NCBI GenBank assembly: GCA_902791215.1
Contig: CADAUZ010000001.1
Location: forward strand, 1 to 24,000
Reading direction: 5' to 3'
Source: Oscillospiraceae bacterium
GTDB lineage: Bacteria > Bacillota > Clostridia > Oscillospirales > Oscillospiraceae
DNA length: 24,000 nt
The notes beneath the pieces were generated by a model. The model searched no databases. It was not told the DNA's origin and saw only the letters and a program-made list of their open reading frames with translations. The number at the start of each line of letters is the position of its first letter. The first letter of the stretch is position 1. The translations under genes were made by a program, and so were the position numbers. Shown in pieces: positions 1-7,236 of this stretch.

Positions 1-1
1 T

Positions 2-790
2 GTGTTTTACAATACACATCCGGCCATCATTGATCCCGAAGTGTTTGAGAAGGTGCAGGAGATACGAGAGCAGCGGCACCGAAGAACAAAATCCGGCAAG
101 TCACACATGTTCTCAGGCCTCGTATTCTGTGCGGACTGTAAGGGAAAGATGTATTTCAACGGAGTAGATGAAAAAGAAAACAAATGGTTCTTTTCCTGCT
201 CCAATGCCCGCTACGGGACAAAATCATGCACCAGTCATTATATCCGCGCAGTTGTCTTAGAGCGCTTGGTCTGGCATTATACGCAAAGAATCATCGCTCT
301 TGTCATTTGCTATGAAGCTTACTTCCGCTCAATCATGGAACAAAAGCTTCAGGCGGAAGGCGACACCATCCTCAAGGCAAAGCGCAGACAGGTTGAAAAG
401 GCCGAGAAGCGAATTCAGGAACTTGATCGGCTATTTGTCAGGACATACGAGGATAATGTAAGCGGGAAGCTGAGTGATGAACGCTTTGCCATAATGAGCA
501 GGGGCTACGAGGAAGAACAGCAGGACTTGAAAGCGGATGTCGAAGTGCTCCGGGAGGAAATTGAAGTACAGGAAAGACAGATCCAAAACATTGACTTATT
601 CATCGAGCGCGTGAAAAAGTATTCCAATCTGGATGAGCTGACACCTTACATGGCTCACGAACTGATCAAAGCGATCTATGTGGGCGCACCTGACAAAAGC
701 AGCGGCAAGCGCCGCCAGAATATCTATATCCAGTACGATCTGATCGGGTTTATTCCGCTTGATGAACTGATGAAGCAGGAAACGGCATGA
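2..790 (+). CDS. Large serine recombinase, C-terminal part (partial; the catalytic N-terminal domain is outside the window)
   Basis: The frame is open from the left edge. It has a Cys-rich Zn-ribbon segment (FCADCKGKMYF...FSCSNARYGTKSCTSH) and a long charged coiled coil (KAKRRQVEKAEKRIQELDRLF...). The C-terminal block LTPYMAHELIKAIYV...IYIQYDLIGFIP is typical of DUF4368-containing recombinases of the TnpX/TndX class. Confidence 0.85.
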   Translation: MFYNTHPAIIDPEVFEKVQEIREQRHRRTKSGKSHMFSGLVFCADCKGKMYFNGVDEKENKWFFSCSNARYGTKSCTSHYIRAVVLERLVWHYTQRIIALVICYEAYFRSIMEQKLQAEGDTILKAKRRQVEKAEKRIQELDRLFVRTYEDNVSGKLSDERFAIMSRGYEEEQQDLKADVEVLREEIEVQERQIQNIDLFIERVKKYSNLDELTPYMAHELIKAIYVGAPDKSSGKRRQNIYIQYDLIGFIPLDELMKQETA

Positions 791-837
791 CAAGTGCCAT
801 ACCGTTTCACGAATGATGATAAAACTATCTTACGGGT

Positions 838-855
838 GGAGGGGCTTGCCCCTCC
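838..855. repeat. GC-rich palindrome GGAGGGGCTTGCCCCTCC, copy 1
   Basis: Self-complementary 8+8 nt around a TT centre. It recurs in inverted form at 955-974. No T-tract follows, so it is not a canonical terminator. Confidence 0.8.
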
Positions 856-883
856 CGTGCATAGGAACATTTGAATATGCAAA

Positions 884-927
884 AATGTACGGTAATTTCG
901 TAGATTGTTACGATTTTGCCGTACATT
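884..927. repeat. 44-bp imperfect inverted repeat, candidate serine-recombinase att site
   Basis: AATGTACGGTAATTTCG (884-900) and CGATTTTGCCGTACATT (911-927) are complementary at 14 of 17 positions. They flank a 10-nt spacer TAGATTGTTA that contains a GA dinucleotide at 903-904. Confidence 0.5.
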
Positions 928-954
928 GCTATTTATTGATTGTTTTGTACTGCC

Positions 955-974
955 GGGAGGGGCAAGCCCCTCCC
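955..974. repeat. GC-rich palindrome GGGAGGGGCAAGCCCCTCCC, copy 2 (inverted twin of 838-855)
   Basis: It is the reverse complement of copy 1, including the central AA/TT. It lies 27 nt from the inner inverted repeat, against 28 nt for copy 1, so 832-980 forms one nested palindrome. Confidence 0.8.
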
Positions 975-1033
975 CTACGGATGAATGTCTGGGTTATTGT
1001 GAAAGTAGGTCGTTTTGCTACTTCCCTATATTT

Positions 1034-1681
1034 TTACAGGTGCGGGTCTTCGGCATAGAGCGGGGCGATCAGGCGGTTGAAGATATCGATCACCGGACCG
1101 AAGCCGAAGGCAGTGACCAGCGTGCCGATGCCGATGATTCCGCCGGCAAGCCAGCAGACCAGCGCGCACAGCGCGTCGGTAAAAATACGGCACCAGAAGT
1201 AGGGGATATGCGGGAGCTTCTTGTCGAGTATGAGCGAGGCCGCGTCGTAAGGCGATACGCCGAGATCCGCAGTCTGATAGAGGGACAGTCCGAAGCTGCA
1301 TATCACCATGCCGATCGCCATGATCAGAAGCTTCACAACGAATACCGCGGGCAGGCCGAACCAGGATACCGAGAGCCTGTAGAAGAAATCCACAAGCGAG
1401 CCGATGAGCAGCGCATTGATGATCGTGCCGAAGCCTATCAGGTGACGGCCCCAGATCAGCTGTATCGTGAAAAAGATCAAATTCACGCCGAGCTGCAAAA
1501 GGGGAAAGCGGATGCCGAGCAGCTCGGCCAGCGCCATGTTCATGCCCGTGTAGGGATCGTTTCCCAGTACGGACTGTTTGAAGAGCGCTATGCCCACGGC
1601 CACCAGCAGGTTGCCGAGCAGGCTTGCGATCACGCGCTTTTTTCCGACACGCTGAAAATACGATTTCAGAGATTCGATCAC
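1034..1681 (-). CDS. YczE/YyaS/YitT-family-like multi-pass membrane protein
   Basis: Hydrophobic throughout, with the duplicated G-x-(D/S)P-Y motif (LGNDPYTGMN and LGVSPYDAAS) seen in this family. I prefer the GTG start at 1681 because GGGAGG lies 7 nt upstream. The ORF-track TTG at 1696 overlaps that RBS. The gene starts 24 nt after the yjjW-like stop on the same strand. Confidence 0.7.
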   Translation of the reverse strand: MIESLKSYFQRVGKKRVIASLLGNLLVAVGIALFKQSVLGNDPYTGMNMALAELLGIRFPLLQLGVNLIFFTIQLIWGRHLIGFGTIINALLIGSLVDFFYRLSVSWFGLPAVFVVKLLIMAIGMVICSFGLSLYQTADLGVSPYDAASLILDKKLPHIPYFWCRIFTDALCALVCWLAGGIIGIGTLVTAFGFGPVIDIFNRLIAPLYAEDPHL

Positions 1682-1705
1682 AAGGATGCCTCCCAATGGA
1701 ATGAA

Positions 1706-2548
1706 TCATACAATATAGGCGTTTTTTGCGCCGAGTTCACGGGCGAGGCGGGCAAAGCTCTCGGCGTATTCCGCGTCTGTCTCGTCCTCGCCCAGGAGCT
1801 TCTGATACCGCTCCCGCACGCCAAAGGGCCGGTAGCGGATGAGCTTGTAAAAGCAGCCATCCTGTATGTGCGCGGCGACATAGCGCACGGTCTCCTCGTT
1901 CTCCCGGTCACGGCCCGGAAAGAGGATCGTGCGCACCTCGTAGAGCTTGCCGACCCTGAGCAGGTAGTCGAGGTTTTTCAGCACCGTCTCACGGGGATAA
2001 GAGATGAGCTGATCGCTCCAGCCGGGCTCCACAGCCTTCACATCCAGCATCACGCCCTCGGACACCGAGAGCACTCTCGGGTCCGCCTCAAAGTCAAAGG
2101 AGCCGTTGGAGTCGATGAGACAGGTTTTGCCCAGCGCATGGACCCGGGTAAACAGTTCGATCAGAAACTCGTTTTGCAGAGTGCATTCGCCGCCGGAGGT
2201 TGTGATCCCCCGAATATAGGGCGCAGACCGCTTGACCTCCCGCAGGACCTCCTCCACCGTCATCTGCCGCACCTTGGGCGAGGCATCATGCGGGCAGGTC
2301 TTGATGCAGGTGTCACATTGGACACATCTGGAAGAATCCCAATGAACAGCGCCGGTATCGTCCTGGCTCAGGGCATGGGTGGGACAGGAGGCGACACATG
2401 CGCCGCAGCTGCGGCACAGGTGGATGGTCTCGGGGTTATGGCAGAACAGGCAGTTGAAGGGACAGCCCTGAAAGAATATGGAGGTCCGGTTGCCCGGACC
2501 GTCCACATTCGAAAAGGGTATGATTTTGTTAACGGGCGCGGTCAGCAT
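1706..2548 (-). CDS. yjjW: YjjW-family glycyl-radical enzyme activase (radical SAM)
   Basis: The N-terminus KIIPFSNVDGPGNRTSIFFQGCPFNCLFCHNP carries the CxxxCxxC radical-SAM motif. Two ferredoxin-like clusters follow (CRSCGACVASCP, CVQCDTCIKTCP). The gene overlaps the upstream GRE gene by 20 nt. Confidence 0.9.
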   Translation of the reverse strand: MLTAPVNKIIPFSNVDGPGNRTSIFFQGCPFNCLFCHNPETIHLCRSCGACVASCPTHALSQDDTGAVHWDSSRCVQCDTCIKTCPHDASPKVRQMTVEEVLREVKRSAPYIRGITTSGGECTLQNEFLIELFTRVHALGKTCLIDSNGSFDFEADPRVLSVSEGVMLDVKAVEPGWSDQLISYPRETVLKNLDYLLRVGKLYEVRTILFPGRDRENEETVRYVAAHIQDGCFYKLIRYRPFGVRERYQKLLGEDETDAEYAESFARLARELGAKNAYIV

Positions 2549-4046
2549 CGGTCTGTACCCGGCGGTCTAGCGCATGGCCGCCGTCCTGGGCGCCCATGCC
2601 GAAAACAGTCACATTGTTGAGGGACTGCTTTTTAGCCCGGAGCTTTTCAATTTCGCTCTTCTTGACCAGATATCCAGTCACGCGCACCACGTCGTTATTC
2701 TCCAGATACCCGGAGAAGTAGCGAAGGCCGCGTTCCAAAGATCCCTTGATGATGGCGAGGATCGCGTCCGGGGTCTTGAGCCAGGTTTCCTCAAACTTGA
2801 AGATGTCGCCGGTGCCGGTGGGAAAGTAGGGGTGGAACTTCTCGTTGACCTCGAGCTGCTCGAGCATGGTCGGCTCCACGCCGATGGGGATGCGGGTGCC
2901 GGGGGAGTCATCCATGCCGTCGGTGTCAATGCCCACCTGGGCGTGCAGGCGGTAGCGGTGGCCATAGGCGTCGCAGTAGGGGGCCTCGTGGGCTTTCACG
3001 CGCGCGTCGATCGCGTCCATGATGCGGATGCCGAGCTCGGTGGCCTCCTTGTTCATGCCGAAGCCTTTCTTCTTGTCGGTGATGCCCAGCAGATAGTTGC
3101 AGCACTCGGCAAGGCCCACCACGCCGAACATGCCGGTGAAGTTTTCCTGCTTGACAAAGCCCTCGGTGACGAGGAAGTTGGTCTTGAAGAAGCTGGACTG
3201 CTCGACGATGAACTTCACGCGTTTGTCCATGTACTCAAGCTGCAGGTCGATGTGGCGCGGCAGCTCCCGCTCCAGAAAATCCTCCACACTCTTTGCGTCG
3301 AGGGCGCACTCATACAGGCGCAGGCGCGGAAGGGTGAACCCGCCGCCCGCGATCGAGAGACCGTTATAGCAGGAGGCGATGGCATAGCGCTCGCCCCATT
3401 CCTTTACAAACATGCGGTGGTTTGCAAAGGAGGGCTTTGCGGTCTTGAGCATGCAGTGGATGCAGGCCAGAGCAAAGTCGTCGCTGGTCTTCTCGGGATC
3501 GTATTTGAGCGTCAGGTTCGGCACTGCAAGCTGCATCTCCTCGGTCAGCTCCAGCAGCAGGCGGCCGGTGACGCTGTCCTCGGGACCGATATCGGCATGG
3601 ACGAAGGAGTCGGTCTGCACGCGGTCGATATTGCGCAGGAACAGGCCCAGCACCTTCTTGGCAAAGGCGCGGTCTTCTTTTACGACAAAGGGCTCCAGCA
3701 GCTTGTCAAGGTCGCCGAGGTATACCGGGAAGGAGGTGATGGACGGCACGTGGCAGTAGAAAATCTCCAGCACGTTCAGCGCTTCCAGCAGATCCTTCGG
3801 CGGGTCCAGTTCAAGGAACTTGCAGCCCTTTTGGAACAGCAGCTCGTAATCGGGGCAGATGTAGCGTGGGCGGTAGGGCATGACGCCCTCGTTTAAGTCG
3901 CACAGAGCGCCCTTTTTCTTGGCCTCATAGTATTCGTCGGAGTAGCGCAGGGAGTCGTCGGTGCTCTCGCCGAGTCTGGCCAGCGCCAGCAGCTCCTGCT
4001 TATAGGTCAGGGTCGGGTCCTGAATGATTTTCAATGCCTCAGACAT
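2529..4046 (-). CDS. yjjI: YjjI-family glycine (glycyl) radical enzyme, function unknown
   Basis: About 505 aa, as recalled for E. coli YjjI. The C-terminal glycyl-radical fingerprint is VVRVTGYL, with the Gly codon at 2673-2675. The start is placed at ATG 4046, with GGAGGG 7 nt upstream. The ORF-track start at 4109 is the TTG of the -35 hexamer. Confidence 0.9.
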   Translation of the reverse strand: MSEALKIIQDPTLTYKQELLALARLGESTDDSLRYSDEYYEAKKKGALCDLNEGVMPYRPRYICPDYELLFQKGCKFLELDPPKDLLEALNVLEIFYCHVPSITSFPVYLGDLDKLLEPFVVKEDRAFAKKVLGLFLRNIDRVQTDSFVHADIGPEDSVTGRLLLELTEEMQLAVPNLTLKYDPEKTSDDFALACIHCMLKTAKPSFANHRMFVKEWGERYAIASCYNGLSIAGGGFTLPRLRLYECALDAKSVEDFLERELPRHIDLQLEYMDKRVKFIVEQSSFFKTNFLVTEGFVKQENFTGMFGVVGLAECCNYLLGITDKKKGFGMNKEATELGIRIMDAIDARVKAHEAPYCDAYGHRYRLHAQVGIDTDGMDDSPGTRIPIGVEPTMLEQLEVNEKFHPYFPTGTGDIFKFEETWLKTPDAILAIIKGSLERGLRYFSGYLENNDVVRVTGYLVKKSEIEKLRAKKQSLNNVTVFGMGAQDGGHALDRRVQTDADRAR

Positions 4047-4080
4047 TCGAAATCCCTCCATATCTGTTTCTGAAAATTCT

Positions 4081-4109
4081 ATTGTAACGGCTTTCCGCTG
4101 TGCTGTCAA
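4081..4109 (-). promoter_or_regulatory. Sigma-A-type promoter for the yjjI-yjjW-yczE-like operon
   Basis: The minus strand reads TTGACA (4109-4104), a 17-nt spacer, then TACAAT (4086-4081). The -10 hexamer lies about 35 nt upstream of the ATG at 4046. Confidence 0.7.
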
Positions 4110-4125
4110 AGGGAAAATGTAAATA

Positions 4126-4839
4126 CTATACCAGTGCCCAAATCACAGCGAGAAGGATGGACGGCAGGAGATTGGCTACGCGCACCTTTTTTCCCCAGAC
4201 GAGGTTGAGACCGACGCAGAAGATGAGGATCGAGCCGATAAGGGAGAGATTGGCAAGCGCCGCCTCCGTCATAAGCGGTCGGATCAGGGCGGCCAGCAGC
4301 GTCATCGCGCCCTCAAAGACAAAGACCGGGATCGCGGAAAACATGCAGCCTTTTCCGAGCGAGCAGGTCAACACAAGGATGATCACAAAGTCGAGGATGC
4401 CCTTTGTGGCAAGGATGGACCAGTCATGATTGATGCCGTCCTGGATCGCGCCGACGATCGCCATGGCGCCGATCGAGACGGTCAGCGACGCGGTCACGAA
4501 GCCGTCGACGAAGTTTTTGTCCTTCGCGTTGCCAGTCTTGCGCTTGAGCCATTCTCCGAAGGCTTCGAAGCGGGATTCGATGTCGATGGCCTCACCGATG
4601 AGCGCGCCCACGGCAAGGCAGATCACGACCATCAGGGCCTGCCCGCTGCTCAGCGTGCCGTCCTCAATGCGCAGCATCCCCTCCATGGCCCCGGCAATGC
4701 CGATAAACAGAACGCTGATGCCGCAGGCCATGTTCAGTGTATCCTGAAAGCGCTCTTTTAAAAAGCGCCCGAACAGCAGGCCGGTGATCCCGCCGAACAC
4801 AATGCCGACGCTATTGATAATGGTTCCGAGTCCTATCAT
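4126..4839 (-). CDS. DUF554-family membrane protein (YqgA/YdfK-like)
   Basis: Multi-pass hydrophobic protein starting MIGLGTIINSVGIVFGG..., typical of DUF554. The ATG at 4839 has AGGAG 10 nt upstream. The longer ORF-track start at 4866 is less likely. Confidence 0.82.
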   Translation of the reverse strand: MIGLGTIINSVGIVFGGITGLLFGRFLKERFQDTLNMACGISVLFIGIAGAMEGMLRIEDGTLSSGQALMVVICLAVGALIGEAIDIESRFEAFGEWLKRKTGNAKDKNFVDGFVTASLTVSIGAMAIVGAIQDGINHDWSILATKGILDFVIILVLTCSLGKGCMFSAIPVFVFEGAMTLLAALIRPLMTEAALANLSLIGSILIFCVGLNLVWGKKVRVANLLPSILLAVIWALV

Positions 4840-4905
4840 GTTTACGAAGCTCCTGACTGACTGCAACCCCCGCAGCCGTGATGATCTATTGCTTTTTGCC
4901 CGTGG

Positions 4906-4934
4906 ATTATATCACGTCTTTCCCGATCTCTCAA
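4906..4934 (-). promoter_or_regulatory. Sigma-A-type promoter (extended -10) for the DUF554 gene
   Basis: The minus strand reads TTGAGA (4934-4929), a 17-nt spacer, then TGaTATAAT, with the -10 hexamer at 4911-4906. Confidence 0.7.
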
Positions 4935-4986
4935 CAGATAAATACAATTTGTGCGCAGCGGGTTCAGTCTTTATTTTTCGATCTTA

Positions 4987-5104
4987 TTAAGGCAACACCG
5001 CACAATACGCCTGCGGCATCTTCCGGAAAATTTGTGTCCTGATTTCGTCACTTTTTCTTGAGGTACACAAAGTACATCTGCGACATTATGCGGTATTGCC
5101 TTAA
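4987..5104. repeat. 118-bp element bounded by 20-bp terminal inverted repeats, with a nested inner stem
   Basis: TTAAGGCAACACCGCACAAT (4987-5006) pairs with ATTATGCGGTATTGCCTTAA (5085-5104) at 18 of 20 positions. An inner stem joins TTTGTGTCCT (5031-5040) to AGGTACACAAA (5061-5071). The element sits between the two divergent promoters. Confidence 0.6.
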
Positions 5105-5131
5105 AGATATTTGACACTTTGGAACATTCGG

Positions 5132-5160
5132 TTGAAAAGACGGTTAAAAAATGGTATTTT
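5132..5160 (+). promoter_or_regulatory. Sigma-A-type promoter (extended -10) for the DUF1269-like gene
   Basis: TTGAAA (5132-5137), a 17-nt spacer, then TGgTATTTT (the -10 hexamer is 5155-5160). Confidence 0.6.
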
Positions 5161-5214
5161 ATTTTATATCAGATAGTTTGATCCATACCGGCAAAATAGA
5201 AAGGAGTTCAAGCA

Positions 5215-5775
5215 ATGAAAGAAAACGTCATCATCGTAAACTGCAAAGTACCGAGCGAGGCCTTCCAGATCCTGAGCATGCTGCGGCAGAATTTTGAGAA
5301 CGAGAGCTTCTCCATTTCTCAGGCGGCCGTTGTGAAGAAGGACGCCGGGCACCTTACCATGGAGGACGGCTTTATCGCGGGCAACCCGCTGGAAGGCCGC
5401 GGCTGGACCGGCGGTCTGATCGGCAGCCTCGTCGGCATACTCGGCGGCCCTCTGGGTGTCCTGCTCGGCGGCAGCGTCGGTTCGCTGATCGGCGATTCCA
5501 TGGACGTAGACGAGATGGAAGGCAAAGCCGAGCTGCTCGAAAAGGCCAGCGAATGCCTCACCGACGGGGAGACCGCCCTGCTGCTGATGACAAAGGAGGC
5601 AGATGAAACCGCTCTGGCGGCAAAGCTGAAGGATTTCCAGATCACCATCACCCGCATGGATGCCGCGGAGATCGCCGCCGAGATCGAGCACGCGGAGAAT
5701 AAGGAGCTCCCGGCAGCGGAAGAGGAGGAAGCCGCTCCCGCACTGCCCGAGGGGGAAGCCTCCGCTGAGGATTGA
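5215..5775 (+). CDS. DUF1269-like glycine-zipper membrane protein with an acidic C-terminal tail
   Basis: AAAGGAG RBS at 5200-5206. The architecture matches DUF1269: an N-terminal alpha/beta module, then a Gly-zipper (GWTGGLIGSLVGILGGPLGVLLGGSVGSLIG), then a second soluble module. The tail is Glu/Ala-rich. Confidence 0.72.
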   Translation: MKENVIIVNCKVPSEAFQILSMLRQNFENESFSISQAAVVKKDAGHLTMEDGFIAGNPLEGRGWTGGLIGSLVGILGGPLGVLLGGSVGSLIGDSMDVDEMEGKAELLEKASECLTDGETALLLMTKEADETALAAKLKDFQITITRMDAAEIAAEIEHAENKELPAAEEEEAAPALPEGEASAED

Positions 5776-5806
5776 TAAAAATACTGTAAAAAAATAGCGA
5801 GCAAAA

Positions 5807-5837
5807 CACCAGCCGCGTCTGTTTGACCCGGCTGGTG
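5807..5837. terminator. Stem-loop between convergent genes, probably the terminator for the minus-strand methyltransferase gene
   Basis: CACCAGCCG (5807-5815) pairs with CGGCTGGTG (5829-5837). On the minus strand it is followed by TTTTGC, on the plus strand only by CTTTC. Confidence 0.55.
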
Positions 5838-5868
5838 CTTTCACATATGGACTTGGACTGAAACGGCG

Positions 5869-7236
5869 TCATACAGCTTCCTGCCTGGACAACCAGATTA
5901 CCGTCTCAACGTGCTTTGTGCGCGGGAAGAGATCGTAGACTGTCGCCTCCTGCAGCGAATAACCGAAGCTGTTGAAGCGCAGTATATCCCGCGCAAGCGT
6001 GGAGGGATCGCAGGAGACATAGACGATGCGTTTCGGCTCCATGGAGGCAACCGCCCGGATCGCATCCTCCGACATACCCTTTCTCGGCGGATCGACCACA
6101 ACGACAGCCGGTCTGAGTCCGCGTTCGGAGAGCGCCTGCGCAGCCTGGCCCGCGTCGGCGCAGAGAAACTCGGCATTGTCGATGCCGTTTAAGGCTGCGT
6201 TTGACCTGGCGTTTTCAATGGCCTCCGGGACGATTTCAGCCCCGATGACCCTGCCCGCCTGCTGCGCCAGGCACAGGCTGATCGTACCGGCGCCGCAGTA
6301 AAGATCAAAGGCCAGATCGTCCTTTTTAAGCGCGGCGTATTCCAGGGCCTTTCCGTAGAGCCTCTCCGCCTGCGGGGGATTGACCTGGAAAAAGGCCTGC
6401 GGGGCAATGTCAAAGGCAATACCGCGCAGCGTGTCCCGGATATGGTCCTTCCCCCAAAGCGTATAAAAATCTCCGGCAAGGACTGTGTTGCCCTCGCTTT
6501 TGTTGACGTTCAGCACGATCCCGGTAAGCTCCGGACAGGCAGCGCGCAGCGCGGCGACAATCACCTGCGTTTTCGTGCCGAAGCCCTTGCGGGCAACGAT
6601 GCACAAAAGCCTGTCTTCCCCGTGCACGGCGCGGCGGCAGTAGAGATGCCGCACGATACCGCTGCCGCTCTGCTCGTCATAGGGGGCGATGCCGTTTTCG
6701 TTCATGAAGGCGACAAGGGCGTTCGCCGCGCGGTGGGTGAGTTCATCCTGAATGGCGCAGCGCTCCACCGGAATGATCTGATGGCTGCGCTCCCGGTAGA
6801 ATCCGGCGGCAGCTTTCCCGTCCACGCTCCCGATCGCCAGGATACCCTTGTTACGGTAGCCCTCGATCAGCTCGCTGCCGACGATCTCGCAGGCTGTGAT
6901 TTCCTGCTTTCCGATCCTTTGGAGCGCGTCTTTCACCTTCGTGAGCTTAAAGCGCAGTTCTTCCTCGTAGGACATGTGCCGGCAGTCACAGCCGCCGCAC
7001 TTGCCGTAGCAGTCGCAGCCGGGGTCAACGCGGGCAGGGGAGGGGAGCAGCAGCTTTTCGCCGCGCGCGTAGGCATGGGTCTTCAAGACCTTCAGAATAC
7101 GGATCTCCCATTCTTCGCCGACGATCGTGCCAGGGACGAAGACCGTGCATCCCAGCACATGGCAGATACCGGAGGCGTCAGAGCTGTAGGCGTCGATGGT
7201 GACGCGTATAATTTGATTTTTTCTTAATGTTTCCAT
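5869..7236 (-). CDS. rlmD: 23S rRNA (uracil-5-)-methyltransferase, RumA/RlmD (TrmA) family, with TRAM domain and Fe-S Cys cluster
   Basis: N-terminal TRAM-like beta domain, Cys cluster CDCYGKCGGCDCRHM, SAM-binding motif DLYCGAGTISL and a C-terminal VYVSCDPSTLARD block. The start is set at METLRKNQ (7236). No SD sequence is visible for either candidate start. Confidence 0.86.
   Translation of the reverse strand: METLRKNQIIRVTIDAYSSDASGICHVLGCTVFVPGTIVGEEWEIRILKVLKTHAYARGEKLLLPSPARVDPGCDCYGKCGGCDCRHMSYEEELRFKLTKVKDALQRIGKQEITACEIVGSELIEGYRNKGILAIGSVDGKAAAGFYRERSHQIIPVERCAIQDELTHRAANALVAFMNENGIAPYDEQSGSGIVRHLYCRRAVHGEDRLLCIVARKGFGTKTQVIVAALRAACPELTGIVLNVNKSEGNTVLAGDFYTLWGKDHIRDTLRGIAFDIAPQAFFQVNPPQAERLYGKALEYAALKKDDLAFDLYCGAGTISLCLAQQAGRVIGAEIVPEAIENARSNAALNGIDNAEFLCADAGQAAQALSERGLRPAVVVVDPPRKGMSEDAIRAVASMEPKRIVYVSCDPSTLARDILRFNSFGYSLQEATVYDLFPRTKHVETVIWLSRQEAV

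Larger units (their letters stand above)
1..927. mobile_element. Right-hand end of an integrated element (ICE/transposon/prophage-like) mobilised by a large serine recombinase. The element body lies left of the window. The exact boundary is unresolved, probably within 791-1033.
   Basis: A truncated large serine recombinase gene reads outward to 790. The DNA is more AT-rich than the neighbouring chromosome: single-line spot counts give 27/60 GC at 1-60 versus 35/60 at 1081-1140. An att-like 44-bp imperfect palindrome lies about 95 nt downstream of the stop codon. Confidence 0.55.

Noticed and set aside
905-2620. 571-aa plus-strand ORF, the longest in the track
   Set aside because: It runs antisense to the yczE-like and yjjW genes, both of which have clear family motifs. 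Its translation is Arg/Ala/Gly/His-rich low-complexity sequence, typical of shadow ORFs in high-GC DNA. It has no RBS.
2574-3896. 440-aa plus-strand ORF
   Set aside because: It is antisense to the YjjI-family gene, which carries the glycyl-radical motif. Its composition (Ala/Gly/Val/Leu runs) and the lack of any motif indicate a GC-driven shadow frame.
4047-4109. N-terminal extensions offered by the ORF track. Examples: yjjI from 4109, spoIVA from 17948, queA from 8662, xerD from 11994, ruvC from 12975, trmK from 16541, the lipoprotein from 7257, yajC from 10936 and DUF554 from 4866.
   Set aside because: The extensions overlap promoters, terminators or upstream genes, and they lack RBSs. The internal starts I chose have SD sequences and reproduce the canonical family N-termini.
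5164-5844. 226-aa minus-strand ORF (and 5319-5804) opposite the DUF1269-like gene
   Set aside because: The plus-strand frame has a promoter, an AAAGGAG RBS and a recognisable domain architecture. The minus-strand frames have none of these and would run through the plus-strand promoter.
6442-7227. 261-aa plus-strand ORF, plus other ORFs of 60-240 aa nested in or antisense to rlmD, dapA, queA, tgt and radA (for example 8734-9396, 10208-10933, 9397-9930, 21454-21948)
   Set aside because: Each overlaps a gene with strong family signatures, on the opposite strand or in another frame. The sequences are low-complexity and lack an SD.
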